This document shows positions 1 to 9,955 of a DNA stretch of 64,000 nucleotides, piece by piece. The notes beneath the pieces were generated by a model that was given only the letters and a program-made list of their open reading frames with translations, ran no database searches and was not told where the DNA came from. The stretch is from Myxococcaceae bacterium (lineage in GTDB: Bacteria > Myxococcota > Myxococcia > Myxococcales > Myxococcaceae): the NCBI GenBank assembly GCA_052143535.1, contig JBKQSS010000075.1, forward strand, positions 40,588 to 104,587, in the 5' to 3' direction. Both the position numbers and the translations under genes were made by a program. Every line of letters starts with the position of its first letter. The first letter of the stretch is position 1.

Positions 1-539
1 GCATGCGCTTCGGGGCCTGGGTCCAAAAGGAGGCGCATCCCCGGGCCGAGTAGCCCCTCCAGCGTGTCCTCAACGAAGGGACGGAACCGTTCGAAGACAA
101 GGACGTCCGGCGCTTGGGTGTCCTTGGCCTGCTCCAGCCCCTCGCGCAGCGCAGCGGCCCTACGCAGTGGGGTGAGCACTGGGGACAAAAAGTAGCTCTT
201 CTCCACTCGCGCCGCGTTGAGCAGCACCAGCCGGTCGACCCCTAAGGCCGCTGCCGAGGCGAGCAGACGCCGCAGCACTTTTGGCCGCGGAACCGCCAGA
301 AGGACGTCCACCCCGGGCCGTGGCGGCGGTGTGCCGTCCAGCTGCAGGCGCAGCAGCACCCTGTCCGTCTCACTGCACAACACCTGGGCGGTGCCTACCG
401 CGCCTCCCTGGCGTCCGACCCGCACCACGTCACCCGGCCGGGCGTGCAGCACTTCCTGGACATGCCGTGCCGCGCGGCCGCGGAGTTCGGCTGTGCCGTC
501 ATCGCGGAGGTCCGCGGACTCGAGGAGCAAGAGATTCAC
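1..539 (-). CDS. rsmE: RsmE-family 16S rRNA (uracil-N3)-methyltransferase, N-terminal ~179 codons; the 3' end lies beyond the window start
   Basis: Absent from the ORF track because there is no stop inside the window. My own translation from GTG 539 stays open to nt 1: VNLLLLESADLRDDGTAELRGRAARHVQEVLHARPGDVVRVG...VDVLLAVPRPKVLRRLLASAAALGVDRLVLLNAARVEKSYF. A PUA-like N-domain followed by a SPOUT core is the typical RsmE layout. Confidence 0.65.
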   Translation of the reverse strand, partial: MNLLLLESADLRDDGTAELRGRAARHVQEVLHARPGDVVRVGRQGGAVGTAQVLCSETDRVLLRLQLDGTPPPRPGVDVLLAVPRPKVLRRLLASAAALGVDRLVLLNAARVEKSYFLSPVLTPLRRAAALREGLEQAKDTQAPDVLVFERFRPFVEDTLEGLLGPGMRLLLDPGPEAH

Positions 540-593
540 CGGCCGGCACCGCTCCTAGCTCGGCCGGCAGCAAGTCGTCTATGTCCGCTTCTG

Positions 594-1340
594 GTGACGC
601 GCCGCCTCTCTCCCCGTGTCTTCGAGCGTCTGGCCGACGCCTACCGAGCGCGTCCAAGTTACCCACTGGAGCTGGTGAGTCAGCTGCTCGCGCTCGCACC
701 GCCGGGAGCCCGGGTGGTAGACATGGGGGCAGGCATTGGGCACCTGGCGGAGCCGCTCGCCCGCGCCGGCGCGAGAGTGGTGGCCGTCGAACCCGCGGGC
801 GCGATGCTGGCCGAGTGCGCGGAGCGGGTGCGCGGCCTGCCGGTGCACTTGGTGTGTGCGCCCGCCGAGTCCACTGGGCTGCCGAGCGCTTCTGTTGAGT
901 TGGTGCTGCTCGCCGACGCCGCCCAATGGGTGGACCCCGAGGCAGCGGGCCGGGAAGCCTCCCGGCTACTGGTACCCGGTGGCACAGCCGCCGTGGTGGA
1001 GCCACGGCCGGCGGATACGCCCTTCATGCGCGCGCTGGAGGGACTGTTGCGCGAAGCCAATCCGGAGCGGCGGCCATCGGGGCCGGGCCGTGCTCGGCAG
1101 TGGCTCGCGCTCGCCAGCGGCGGCGGCCGCGTCCACACAGTGGAGCTTACACATGCGGCGGTGCTCTCACCGGCCGCGCTCGAAGGCGTCCTGCGCTCGC
1201 TCTCCTTTCTCGCGCCGGCGCTGGGGCCCGGGCGGATGGCCTCCCTCCTCAGGGAGGCTGCCACCCTTGCGCAGCGAGTTGGCGGGGCGCACTGGGAGCG
1301 CATTCTGCGGCTCTCCTGGGCCCACAAGCGCCGGGCCTGA
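594..1340 (+). CDS. class I SAM-dependent methyltransferase
   Basis: Track ORF 444..1340. It carries the Gly-rich SAM motif VVDMGAGIGHLAEPLARAGARVVAVEP. I moved the start to the in-frame GTG at 594 because ATG 444 would overlap the divergent rsmE by ~95 nt. Confidence 0.75.
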   Translation: MTRRLSPRVFERLADAYRARPSYPLELVSQLLALAPPGARVVDMGAGIGHLAEPLARAGARVVAVEPAGAMLAECAERVRGLPVHLVCAPAESTGLPSASVELVLLADAAQWVDPEAAGREASRLLVPGGTAAVVEPRPADTPFMRALEGLLREANPERRPSGPGRARQWLALASGGGRVHTVELTHAAVLSPAALEGVLRSLSFLAPALGPGRMASLLREAATLAQRVGGAHWERILRLSWAHKRRA

Positions 1341-1451
1341 GGCCCGGTCTCCCAATTTCCAGGGGTTGGCCGCCCGTCGAGTCAGGGCCACGTCAGGTTT
1401 TCACGAGAAGGAGGCCACTCCAGAAGGGCCTCGTGGTAGGGGTGACTGGAC

Positions 1452-2483
1452 GTGCAATTGACCCTGACGGACCCAACTCCTGCGCCCGAGACTGCCTTGT
1501 GGCCTTGGGAGCGGTGGATTCTCCCGCTTTTGAACGACGAGCGGGACCTGCCGTTTGTGCGCCTTTCGCTGAAGCTGCTCTGCATCAACGTCCCCCTGGC
1601 CGTACTGCTCTACGTCCCAGGCGTGTACCGGTGGTGGCTTGGGGCCAGCTACTTCCTGCTCAGCAGCGCGCTCTTTTTGGGGCCCTTCATTCTCATGCTG
1701 CACAACACCTCGCACCGGCCGCTCTTCAAGCGCCCGTACCGAGTCCTCAACCTCCTCGTCCCTTGGGCCTTGGGGCCCTTTTTCGGCGAGACGCCGGATT
1801 CGTACTTCGCGCACCACGTCGGCATGCACCACGCCGAGAACAACCTCGCCGATGACTTGAGCTCGACGCTGCGGTTTCGCCGCGACAGCTTCCCGCACTT
1901 CCTGCGCTACTTCTCTCGCTTCTTCTTCTTCGGGTGGGCCGAGCTGACCCGGTACCACTGGACGAGGAAGCGCTACAAAATGCTCCGCCGCTTTTGGCTC
2001 GGCGAGCTCTCCTTCTACGTCCTGGTGGCGGTGCTTGCCTGGCAGAACTTCTACCCGACGCTATGGGTGTTCATCATCCCGTTCGTCTTCACCCGGGTGA
2101 TGATGATGTGCGGCAACTGGGCCCAGCACGCCTTCGTCGACCTGTCGACCCCGGAGAGCCCCTACCGGAACAGCATCACCTGCGTGAACTCGTCCTACAA
2201 CCACAAGTGCTTCAACGATGGCTACCACATCGGCCACCACGTGAAGCCCACCATGCACTGGACCGAGATGCCGGGCGACTTTCTTCAGAACGTCGACCGC
2301 TACCGAAGCGAAAACGCCATCGTCTTCCGTAAACTCGACTACTTCAGCATTTGGGCGCTGTTGATGGCGCGGCAGTACGGCGTGCTCTCGCGCTACTACG
2401 TCGAGCTCGACGTCGCCCGGCCCAAGAGCAAGCCGGAGATTGTAGCGCTCCTTCGCTCGCGGACTCAGCAGCAGCCCGCCTGA
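1452..2483 (+). CDS. membrane fatty acid desaturase family protein
   Basis: Three His boxes (HNTSH, HHVGMHH, HIGHH) and hydrophobic segments. GTG start. Confidence 0.85.
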   Translation: MQLTLTDPTPAPETALWPWERWILPLLNDERDLPFVRLSLKLLCINVPLAVLLYVPGVYRWWLGASYFLLSSALFLGPFILMLHNTSHRPLFKRPYRVLNLLVPWALGPFFGETPDSYFAHHVGMHHAENNLADDLSSTLRFRRDSFPHFLRYFSRFFFFGWAELTRYHWTRKRYKMLRRFWLGELSFYVLVAVLAWQNFYPTLWVFIIPFVFTRVMMMCGNWAQHAFVDLSTPESPYRNSITCVNSSYNHKCFNDGYHIGHHVKPTMHWTEMPGDFLQNVDRYRSENAIVFRKLDYFSIWALLMARQYGVLSRYYVELDVARPKSKPEIVALLRSRTQQQPA

Positions 2484-2611
2484 AGCGTCGCCTTCCTCGA
2501 AGCCGACGTCCAGAAGAGCGTCGGGAAGCTTCGCGGCCTAAGCCCCGCGCCTTCTAAAAAGGACGCTAGTCCACGCCCTTGGGGTGACGATTGCGGGAAG
2601 GGAACCGTCGA

Positions 2612-2632
2612 GGCCCGGAGAGAGCCCGGGCC
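2612..2632. terminator. GC-rich hairpin between the convergent desaturase genes
   Basis: GGCCCGG-agagagc-CCGGGCC gives a perfect 7-bp stem, 3 nt beyond the stop of the minus-strand gene. There is no U-tract. Confidence 0.35.
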
Positions 2633-2634
2633 CG

Positions 2635-3606
2635 TCAGACTCGGGCGGCGTTGACGCCTGCTTCGCTTGCGTCCACCGAGGCGGTCACCAAACCGTCGAC
2701 CAGCTTTGGGTCGTCGTACGGGGCGCGCCCAATCTGCCGGGTGCCCATCGAAGGAACGAGGGGTGCCAGCAGGTAGCTCCGCGCACACCAACCCCAGAAG
2801 TCCCGCTGCACCAGCTCGGGGTGGATTTGGGCCGCCACCTTCGCATGCAGCGAAGGCAGCGAGCTCCAGTGGGCTCCCGGTGTCTCGTGGTGCGCGGTGT
2901 GGAGGCCGTTGTTGAAAAGGAAGTAGTTAATCGCCCGACCGGTGAAGGTCCGCGAATGGTTGTGCTCGCTCCAGGGGTCGGTGTGGACGTGCTGGATGTA
3001 GTTGAAGAACATGATGGTCCACAGCGCGAACACCGCCGGGATGGCGAACATCAGCAGCCACACCCTGAAGCCCTGCTTCCAGCCATGCAGCCCCACTGCC
3101 AGGGCAATCAGCGCAAGGTGGATTCCGACGAAGACGACGTACTGGCGGATGATTTCCCAGAAGAGCGCTGGTTTTGTCGCCCGAGCCTTGCGGATGTACT
3201 CGTTGGTGGGGGTGGACTGGAACACGGCGGCGATGAAAGGGAAGGCGAAGGCCATCGGGAAGTGATGGTTCTTCGTGTAGCGCCAGGTGATGGTGGCATC
3301 GCCCGCGCGGTTGACGAACTTGTGGTGGTTCAGGTTGTGGGTCGGGACCCAGGCGAAGGTCGGGTACCCGTAGAAAATGCTCAGCCACTGGCCAAAAATG
3401 GAATTGAGCCGTCGGCTCTTGAAGGTCTGGCAGTGGTTGTGGTTGTGGGCGATGACCCCGGCCGAGAGGGCCAGGTAGCAGCTCAACGGCCACAACCAGC
3501 TGGCCAGGGAAGGCCAGACGTATGGCGTGAGGGCGACAAGCGGCATTGCCACGGCCCATGCCATGGTGCGTCTGTCGGCGGAGTTGCGAAGAAGCATGGG
3601 CGCCAT
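2635..3606 (-). CDS. membrane fatty acid desaturase family protein (paralog of 31546..32481)
   Basis: His boxes AHNHNH, HNLNHH and HTAHH. The architecture is the same as the 31546..32481 product. Confidence 0.85.
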   Translation of the reverse strand: MAPMLLRNSADRRTMAWAVAMPLVALTPYVWPSLASWLWPLSCYLALSAGVIAHNHNHCQTFKSRRLNSIFGQWLSIFYGYPTFAWVPTHNLNHHKFVNRAGDATITWRYTKNHHFPMAFAFPFIAAVFQSTPTNEYIRKARATKPALFWEIIRQYVVFVGIHLALIALAVGLHGWKQGFRVWLLMFAIPAVFALWTIMFFNYIQHVHTDPWSEHNHSRTFTGRAINYFLFNNGLHTAHHETPGAHWSSLPSLHAKVAAQIHPELVQRDFWGWCARSYLLAPLVPSMGTRQIGRAPYDDPKLVDGLVTASVDASEAGVNAARV

Positions 3607-3693
3607 AGAGCAGAACTCTAACGGATTGGCAACTTCGGGTGTCTTGCTTCACTTGGGTAATTATTAGATGCCAGAACACAGGGTGACAGCGTT

Positions 3694-5103
3694 GTGAGCC
3701 CCTCCGAGAGTACCTCCGCCGCCATGCCCGGCCTCATCGACGAAGCGCCCAGCCTGGCTGTGCGTTTTCGCCGCTGGCGCTGGCCGCTGGTCGGGCTGGC
3801 AGTCGCTGTCGCCGCCTTTGCCGGGTGGCGCGTCCTCAAGCGGCCGCCACCCCTCAACTACGAGACGACCAGCGTCGACCGGGGTCCAGTCATTGCCCGC
3901 ATCACCGCCACCGGCGTCCTCTCGGCGCTGGTCACTGTCCAGGTGGGCGCTCAGGTGAGCGGCCAAATCACGCAGCTCCTGGTCGACTACAACTCGCCGG
4001 TGAAAAAGGGACAGCTCATTGCCCGGCTGGACCCGGTTTTTTACCAAGCGGGCGTGGACCAGGCGAGTGCCAACTTTGTGGCGGCTAAAGCCCAGGTGCA
4101 GAAGGCCGTCGTCCAGGAGTTGGACGCGAAACGCCAATACGACCGCACCGTGGCGCTCAAGCAGCGTGACCTCATGTCGCAGGCGGACCTCGACACTGCC
4201 GAGGCCACCTGGCGGGCGGCGGTTGCGCAGACCGGCACTGCCAAGGGACAGCTCGAACAGGCGCGTGCGCAGCTGAAGCAGGCCGAGGAAAACCTCCGCT
4301 ATACCAACATCAAGTCGCCCATCGACGGGACGGTCATCTCTCGCAGTGTGGACGTCGGCCAGACGGTGGCCTCGTCCCTGGCCGCGCCCACCCTCTTCAC
4401 CATCGCTGAAGACTTGCGTCGGATGCAGGTGGACACCTCGGTCGCAGAGGCAGACGTCGGCAAGCTCCACGACGCGATGGAAGCCACCTTCCTGGTGGAC
4501 GCCTACCCCAACGAGAAATTCTTGGGACGCATCCGCCAAATCCGCAATGCCCCGCAGACAGTGCAAAACGTCGTCACCTACGACGCCGTCATCGACGTGG
4601 CCAACCCCGACTTGAAGCTCAAGCCGGGAATGACGGCCAACAGCACGGTGGTGTACGCCGAGCGCCAGGACGCACTGCGGGTGCCGAACGCTGCTCTGCG
4701 CTTTCGGCCGCCTCCGGAGATGCTCGCGCTGTTGGGCGGGGCCCATCCGCACGCCGGGCCGGGGCGGGGCGGCGGAGCCGGGGGTGCGGGCGGCGCGCCG
4801 GCTCTGGGAGGAGCTGGTGGAGGGGGCAGGGGCGAAGCCGGCAGTGGCGGGGGCGGCGCTCAACGAAGTCCAACGCCACATTCACCCGCGGGTGCCTCAA
4901 CCGTCACAGCGGAAGGACCGAAGACGGTGTGGGTGCTCCGCGACGGCAAGCCCATGCCGGTGCACATCACCACTGGCGTCTCGGACGGCACGCTGAGCGA
5001 GGTCACCGACGGCGCGCTGAAGCCAGGTGACCTCGTCATCACCGGCGTGGCCGGGACACCAGCGCCAGGAACGGCGGGCGGACCGCCGCGCCGTCTCTTC
5101 TAG
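3694..5103 (+). CDS. HlyD/MacA-type periplasmic adaptor of an ABC exporter, with a Gly-rich insertion
   Basis: N-terminal TM segment, a lipoyl/barrel-sandwich motif (GQITQLLVDYNSPVKKGQLIARLD), a coiled-coil hairpin, and IKSPIDGTVISRSVDVGQTV. The MacB-type ATPase and permease genes follow. Confidence 0.85.
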   Translation: MSPSESTSAAMPGLIDEAPSLAVRFRRWRWPLVGLAVAVAAFAGWRVLKRPPPLNYETTSVDRGPVIARITATGVLSALVTVQVGAQVSGQITQLLVDYNSPVKKGQLIARLDPVFYQAGVDQASANFVAAKAQVQKAVVQELDAKRQYDRTVALKQRDLMSQADLDTAEATWRAAVAQTGTAKGQLEQARAQLKQAEENLRYTNIKSPIDGTVISRSVDVGQTVASSLAAPTLFTIAEDLRRMQVDTSVAEADVGKLHDAMEATFLVDAYPNEKFLGRIRQIRNAPQTVQNVVTYDAVIDVANPDLKLKPGMTANSTVVYAERQDALRVPNAALRFRPPPEMLALLGGAHPHAGPGRGGGAGGAGGAPALGGAGGGGRGEAGSGGGGAQRSPTPHSPAGASTVTAEGPKTVWVLRDGKPMPVHITTGVSDGTLSEVTDGALKPGDLVITGVAGTPAPGTAGGPPRRLF

Positions 5104-5106
5104 CGC

Positions 5107-5832
5107 ATGGCGTCCATCATCACCCTCGAGGACGTCACCAAGACCTACCAGATGGGAGACGTCGAGGTCCGCGCTCTGCGGGGTGTCCCGCTCGCCATCG
5201 AAAAGGGCGAGTTCGTGGCCATCATGGGCCAGTCCGGCTCGGGCAAGTCGACTCTGATGAATCTCATCGGGTGCCTGGACCGACCCACCACCGGCCGCTA
5301 CTGGCTCGACGGAGTGGAGGTCTCGGGGCTGAGCCGCGATCAGCTGGCGAAGATTCGCAACCGCACCCTCGGTTTCGTCTTTCAGAGCTTCAACCTCTTG
5401 GCACGCACCTCGGCGCTGGAGAATGTCGAGTTGCCGTTGCTCTACGCGGGAATGAGCCGGCAGCAGCGCCACGCTCAAGCCCGGGCCTCGCTCGAGCGCG
5501 TTGGCCTCGGCGACCGCATGCACCACACTCCGAGCCAGCTTTCCGGCGGCCAGCAGCAGCGGGTGGCCATCGCCCGGGCGCTGGTCAACGGTCCGCGGGT
5601 CATCCTCGCTGACGAGCCCACCGGAAACCTGGACTCGCGGACCAGTGTCGAGGTGATGGCGCTCTTTCAGGAGCTCGGCCGAAGTGGCATCACCGTCGTA
5701 CTCGTCACCCACGAGCCAGACGTCTCCACCTTTGCTGGGCGGGTGGTGGTGCTCAAGGACGGCCGGCTGCAGAGCGACCGCCGGCAGACGCCGGCACCGG
5801 CGGTGTTGCCACCGGACGAGGAAGCAGCGTGA
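5107..5832 (+). CDS. ABC transporter ATP-binding protein (MacB/LolD type)
   Basis: Walker [10 protein letters not shown], signature [15 protein letters not shown] and Walker [12 protein letters not shown]. Confidence 0.92.
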   Translation: MASIITLEDVTKTYQMGDVEVRALRGVPLAIEKGEFVAIMGQSGSGKSTLMNLIGCLDRPTTGRYWLDGVEVSGLSRDQLAKIRNRTLGFVFQSFNLLARTSALENVELPLLYAGMSRQQRHAQARASLERVGLGDRMHHTPSQLSGGQQQRVAIARALVNGPRVILADEPTGNLDSRTSVEVMALFQELGRSGITVVLVTHEPDVSTFAGRVVVLKDGRLQSDRRQTPAPAVLPPDEEAA

Positions 5833-7046
5833 ACCTTCTGGAAGTCATCCGGGTTGCGCTGCGGGCGCTGATGCGGAACAAGCTGCGCTCGTTTCTCACC
5901 ACGCTGGGAATGATTTTCGGAGTAGGCGCGGTCATCGCGACGGTGGCCATCGGAGAGGGCGCGCGCTCGGCAGTCGAGGCTGCGTTCGCCTCGATGGGCA
6001 CCAACCTCCTGGTGGTGCTTCCGGGAAGCACCAGCGTCGGCGGTGCCCGCGGCGGGAGCGGCACGCAGCCGACCCTCACCTGGGACGACTTGAAGGCCAT
6101 TCGCACCGAGTTGCCCTCGGTGCGCTACGCGGTGGCGGTGCTCCGGTCCGGCTCGCAAGTCATCAGCGAGGATGCGAACTGGACCACCCAAGTCCAGGGC
6201 ACCGAGCCGGACTTCTTCGAGATTCGCAACTGGCCGATGCTGGTGGGCACCCGCTTCACGCAGTCCGACGTGGACGCTGGAAGCAAAGTGGTGGTGCTCG
6301 GGGCGACCGTATCGGACAAGCTCTTCGGGCCCAACGCCAACCCGGTTGGACAGGTGGTGCGCATCCGCAACATCCCCTTCCAGGTAGTCGCGGTGGCCGA
6401 CCGGAAAGGCCAAAGCGCCTTCGGTCAGGACTATGACGACGCCGTCTTCATTCCCCGCACAACGTACATGGCGAAAGTTCAAGGTGGCCTGCAGAAGTTT
6501 ATCGCCGGGCAGATTCTCATCACTGGCGTGACTGCTGAGCGGGCCGAAGCCGACGTCACCGCGCTCTTGAGGGACCGTCACAACCTCAAGGCTGGGGAGG
6601 ACGACTTCTTCATTCGCAACCTGGCCGAAGTGGCCAGCGCCCAGGAGGAGTCCAGCCGGACGGTGTCGCTCCTGCTGGCCATCGTCGCCGGGGTGTCCTT
6701 GCTGGTGGGGGGCATCGGCATCATGAACATCATGCTGGTGAGCGTGACCGAGCGGACGCGGGAGATTGGAACGCGGATGGCCATCGGCGCGCGCGGCATG
6801 GACATCCTGATGCAGTTCCTGGTCGAGGCCGTCACCCTGGCGACGCTGGGAGGGATGCTGGGCATCGCGGCCGGCGTGCTCACCGCACGGTGGATGACGA
6901 CGCTCTTCCACTGGCCGGTCCTCTTCCGGGCCGACGTCATCCTGGTGGCGGTGGTCTTCAGTGCCCTGGTGGGGGTGGCCTTCGGCCTCTACCCGGCGCA
7001 AAAGGCCAGCCGGCTCGACCCCATCGACGCCCTCCGCTACGAGTAA
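5829..7046 (+). CDS. ABC transporter permease (FtsX/MacB family)
   Basis: 4-nt overlap with the ATPase gene. It has a MacB-like periplasmic domain and the C-terminal FtsX motif GIMNIMLVSVTERTREIG...YPAQKASRLDPIDALRYE. Confidence 0.9.
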   Translation: MNLLEVIRVALRALMRNKLRSFLTTLGMIFGVGAVIATVAIGEGARSAVEAAFASMGTNLLVVLPGSTSVGGARGGSGTQPTLTWDDLKAIRTELPSVRYAVAVLRSGSQVISEDANWTTQVQGTEPDFFEIRNWPMLVGTRFTQSDVDAGSKVVVLGATVSDKLFGPNANPVGQVVRIRNIPFQVVAVADRKGQSAFGQDYDDAVFIPRTTYMAKVQGGLQKFIAGQILITGVTAERAEADVTALLRDRHNLKAGEDDFFIRNLAEVASAQEESSRTVSLLLAIVAGVSLLVGGIGIMNIMLVSVTERTREIGTRMAIGARGMDILMQFLVEAVTLATLGGMLGIAAGVLTARWMTTLFHWPVLFRADVILVAVVFSALVGVAFGLYPAQKASRLDPIDALRYE

Positions 7047-7050
7047 CCCC

Positions 7051-8436
7051 TTAGGGAAAGCGGCCGGCCGCCACCAGCAAGTCCAGCGCCGACTGACGGA
7101 GGGCGTCTTCAGCGATGACGGCCTGGGTCGCCGCGTCGCGGGCGGCCAGGAAAGCCTGGATGAGGTCGAGGTTGTTGCTGGCGCCGGCCTTGTAGGAAAG
7201 GTCCGCAAGCCGGTAGGTGTCCACTGCATAGGCGGCCGCTCGGCGGGCGTTGTCCAACGCGCGGACGCTGCGCTTCACCGAGTCGAACGACGTCCGGACG
7301 TCGGATAACACCTGACGACTGGTGCCCTCGAGGGTAATTTGGTTCTCCGCGAGCTGTGCCTCACGCTGGTGCGTGCGGCCGTAGCGGGCGCCGCCGTCGA
7401 AGATGGTCCAGCTGAGCTGCGCCTGAATTTGCCAGCCCCACTCCGGAAAGGGAGGCGTGGGTGGGTGCTGGAAGAGTGGCTCCCCGAGCAGATTCAAGGT
7501 GGGCAGGTATTCCATCCAACTCATGTTGAGCGAGCGGTCGGCGGCCTTCACTTGCTCCTCGTTGAGACGGATGTCGGTGCGCTCTTTCGGGGCATCGGAC
7601 AACGCCGCGTCGAGCCCGGGCAGCTGGGGGAAGTTGGGTGTCTCAGACGCGTCCACCGGGCCGGTGTCCCCGAGCAGCACGCCCAGGGCCTCCTGGGCAT
7701 TGTAGAGACCCTCGTAGCTGGCCTGGAGGATGACCTCGGCGCTCTCCAGCGTTTGCGCGGCGCGCGCGGCGTCCACTTTGTTTCCCAGGCCGCCGGCGAG
7801 GCGCTTCTTGGCATAGTCGAGCTGCGCCACGGCCGTGTCACGGGAGAGGACGTTGACTTCCACCTGACGCTTCTGGGCGATGAGCGCGATGTACGTCTTG
7901 GCGGTGTTGGTGGCAATGACCCGTCGGACATCTGCGCTGTTGTAGCGGGCCACCTCCACCTGGTCGCCGGCGCGGATGGCGTTGGCCCAGGCCGTGGGCG
8001 AAAGCAGCGGAATGTTGAGCTGGATGTTTCCGGTCCACTGGTTCTGCGGATAGATGACGGTGTTCGGCCCGGCGATGGTGGCCTCCGTCCGGGAGCCGTC
8101 GAGATGGGTGAAAGCGACATTGGCCGCCAGGGTGGGGATGGACGCCGCCCGCACCTCCTCCATCAGGCCACGAATGCGGGCCACTTCCTGGAGTGCGGTG
8201 AGCGTGCTGGGGTTTCGTGCCAGGGCCTGGTCCACCGCCTGCTGAAAGCCGATGGACTGGACGACGGGAGTGACACCGTCCACCCCCCCGTCCAATGCCA
8301 CCGCCGGCGTCCCCAGGGTTGGGTCCGGAGCAGAAGTCAGCCGGGGGAGGGGAAGCGGGGGTGCGGGCGGCAAGGGGACTTGAGCAGCAGCCTTCATCGC
8401 GAACAGCAACGCCAGAACGGCGGGCCAAAGGCGCAT
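7051..8436 (-). CDS. TolC-family outer membrane efflux protein
   Basis: The internal ATG at 8436 gives the signal peptide MRLWPAVLALLFAMKAAAQ. The protein shows the two-repeat OEP pattern and is convergent with the ABC exporter. Confidence 0.85.
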   Translation of the reverse strand: MRLWPAVLALLFAMKAAAQVPLPPAPPLPLPRLTSAPDPTLGTPAVALDGGVDGVTPVVQSIGFQQAVDQALARNPSTLTALQEVARIRGLMEEVRAASIPTLAANVAFTHLDGSRTEATIAGPNTVIYPQNQWTGNIQLNIPLLSPTAWANAIRAGDQVEVARYNSADVRRVIATNTAKTYIALIAQKRQVEVNVLSRDTAVAQLDYAKKRLAGGLGNKVDAARAAQTLESAEVILQASYEGLYNAQEALGVLLGDTGPVDASETPNFPQLPGLDAALSDAPKERTDIRLNEEQVKAADRSLNMSWMEYLPTLNLLGEPLFQHPPTPPFPEWGWQIQAQLSWTIFDGGARYGRTHQREAQLAENQITLEGTSRQVLSDVRTSFDSVKRSVRALDNARRAAAYAVDTYRLADLSYKAGASNNLDLIQAFLAARDAATQAVIAEDALRQSALDLLVAAGRFP

Positions 8437-8597
8437 GGAATTCTCCGAACTCCGGGAAACAACCGAGGGTGAGGTCCGCCGACCGACAACCGGACGCTGA
8501 CGCAGCTCAGCGCAGCCGGCCGCCGAAGGGCGCAGGGCCTCCGCTTGCCTCTGGCGCAGGGGCGGGAGGGCGGAGAGTCGGCACATGGGGGGCTGTA

Positions 8598-9149
8598 ATG
8601 CTCAGCGACGAAATCAATTGCAACCTCAACGAATCCGGGCTCACCTCCCGCCCCTCCGCCGTGCGTCCTTCGTCGCCGAGCGTCGTTGCCGGTCAGCTGG
8701 CCGAGTTCGAGCAGCTGGCGGGGCTCATCGCTCAGGCCCGCCGCAGAGTATGGAGCGGCGTGGCACGTGTCCTAGCCCCGGAAGGGGAGTCCGTCCTCGG
8801 CTGGGCGGTGGTGGGGACGCTTGCTCGCCTCGGGCCGCAGAGCCAGCGCGACCTAGCCGACATCATCGGCCAGCACCCCGCCGGCATCTCGCGGCAGCTG
8901 GCGGAGCTGGACGCTGCCAAACTTACCACCCGCACCCTCGATGCCCGAGACCGCCGCTGTCGCCTGGTTGCGCTCACGCCGAGCGGCCGACGCTGGCACC
9001 GCCATTGGCGACCGCGCGTCCTGGCGGCGGTGCGCGACGTCCTCGGTGTGCTCGACGGAGTGGAGCGCGAGGGGCTTCAGGCGCTGTTGGAGAAGGTGCT
9101 CGCCTCGCAGCCTATACTGGCGCGAGCACGTCGCAGGACGCTCCGGTAG
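8598..9149 (+). CDS. MarR family transcriptional regulator
   Basis: Winged-HTH core [57 protein letters not shown]. Start taken at ATG 8598 inside track ORF 8295..9149. Confidence 0.8.
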   Translation: MLSDEINCNLNESGLTSRPSAVRPSSPSVVAGQLAEFEQLAGLIAQARRRVWSGVARVLAPEGESVLGWAVVGTLARLGPQSQRDLADIIGQHPAGISRQLAELDAAKLTTRTLDARDRRCRLVALTPSGRRWHRHWRPRVLAAVRDVLGVLDGVEREGLQALLEKVLASQPILARARRRTLR

Positions 9150-9190
9150 TCTCCAACTCGCCTCCTTCTCTCGCCTGGAGACCACCCGTT

Positions 9191-9559
9191 ATGGACCCTT
9201 CCTCCCTCAGCCGTCCGCTGTCCACCGTTCCGTTGGCCATGGTGACCACTGCTTTCGAGCTCCCGGGGCACCGGGTGGTGCGCAATCTCGGCATTGTCCG
9301 CGGCATCGTGGTGCGCTCGCGGAGCATCGTCGGGAGCTTCTTTGCCGGGCTTCAGACACTCTTCGGAGGCAACATCACGCTGTGGAGCGAGATGTGCGAG
9401 CTCGCCCGCCGCGAGGCCTTCGAGCGTATGGCGCTCCATGCACGGGCGGTGGGCGCCAACGCCGTCATCGGCGCGGCCTATGACGCGACGGAGATTGGGC
9501 AGGGAGTCACCGAGGTGCTGTGCTACGGCACGGCGGTGGTGGTGGAGTCCGCTCCCTAG
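9191..9559 (+). CDS. YbjQ/UPF0145 family (heavy-metal-binding-like) protein
   Basis: The last 122 codons of track ORF 8585..9559 read [45 protein letters not shown]...[17 protein letters not shown], the typical YbjQ pattern. Confidence 0.8.
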   Translation: MDPSSLSRPLSTVPLAMVTTAFELPGHRVVRNLGIVRGIVVRSRSIVGSFFAGLQTLFGGNITLWSEMCELARREAFERMALHARAVGANAVIGAAYDATEIGQGVTEVLCYGTAVVVESAP

Positions 9560-9927
9560 CGCAGCCGGTACCAATTCCAAGCGGCTGCTCCGCCGATGAG
9601 TGCCGGTACGAGGAGCATGGTCGGTTGCCACCAACCGAGATGGGCCCAGGCTACGCTCTGCGTCGCGGCCACCGCGAGGAAGCCCCACAAGGCCCAACGG
9701 CGCATCCACCACCACAGCGTCACCAGGAAGAGGATAGCCAACAGCGAGGTTGCCAGAATGAAGGCGGACAGCCAGGGGGCGCCGACGGAAGCGCCCAACT
9801 TCCGGTAGTCTGGACCGAAGGAGAAGGCGAAGGCCTGCAGCGCCGCCAAAAAGCCGACCGCACAGGCCAAGGTGAGGCTGACGGACGGACGGCGCGGTTT
9901 GGGCGAAGGCGGCGGGGGGAGGTCCAT
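9556..9927 (-). CDS. small integral membrane protein (about 3 TM), function unknown
   Basis: ATG 9927 opens the tail of track ORF 9556..10788. It has three hydrophobic helices and high GC3. Confidence 0.5.
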   Translation of the reverse strand: MDLPPPPSPKPRRPSVSLTLACAVGFLAALQAFAFSFGPDYRKLGASVGAPWLSAFILATSLLAILFLVTLWWWMRRWALWGFLAVAATQSVAWAHLGWWQPTMLLVPALIGGAAAWNWYRLR

Positions 9928-9955
9928 ACCGACGTCGCCGGTGCTAGCACAGGGG

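Noticed and set aside
8585-9190. The long N-terminal extension of track ORF 8585..9559, and likewise the 5' extensions of 8295..9149, 17461..18852, 32532..33938, 20613..21437, 21310..22125, 13683..15725 and 12574..13203.
   Set aside because: These extensions overlap neighbouring real genes or are Arg/Pro-rich. Internal ATG or GTG codons with SD sequences or stop/start overlaps give family-typical N-termini.
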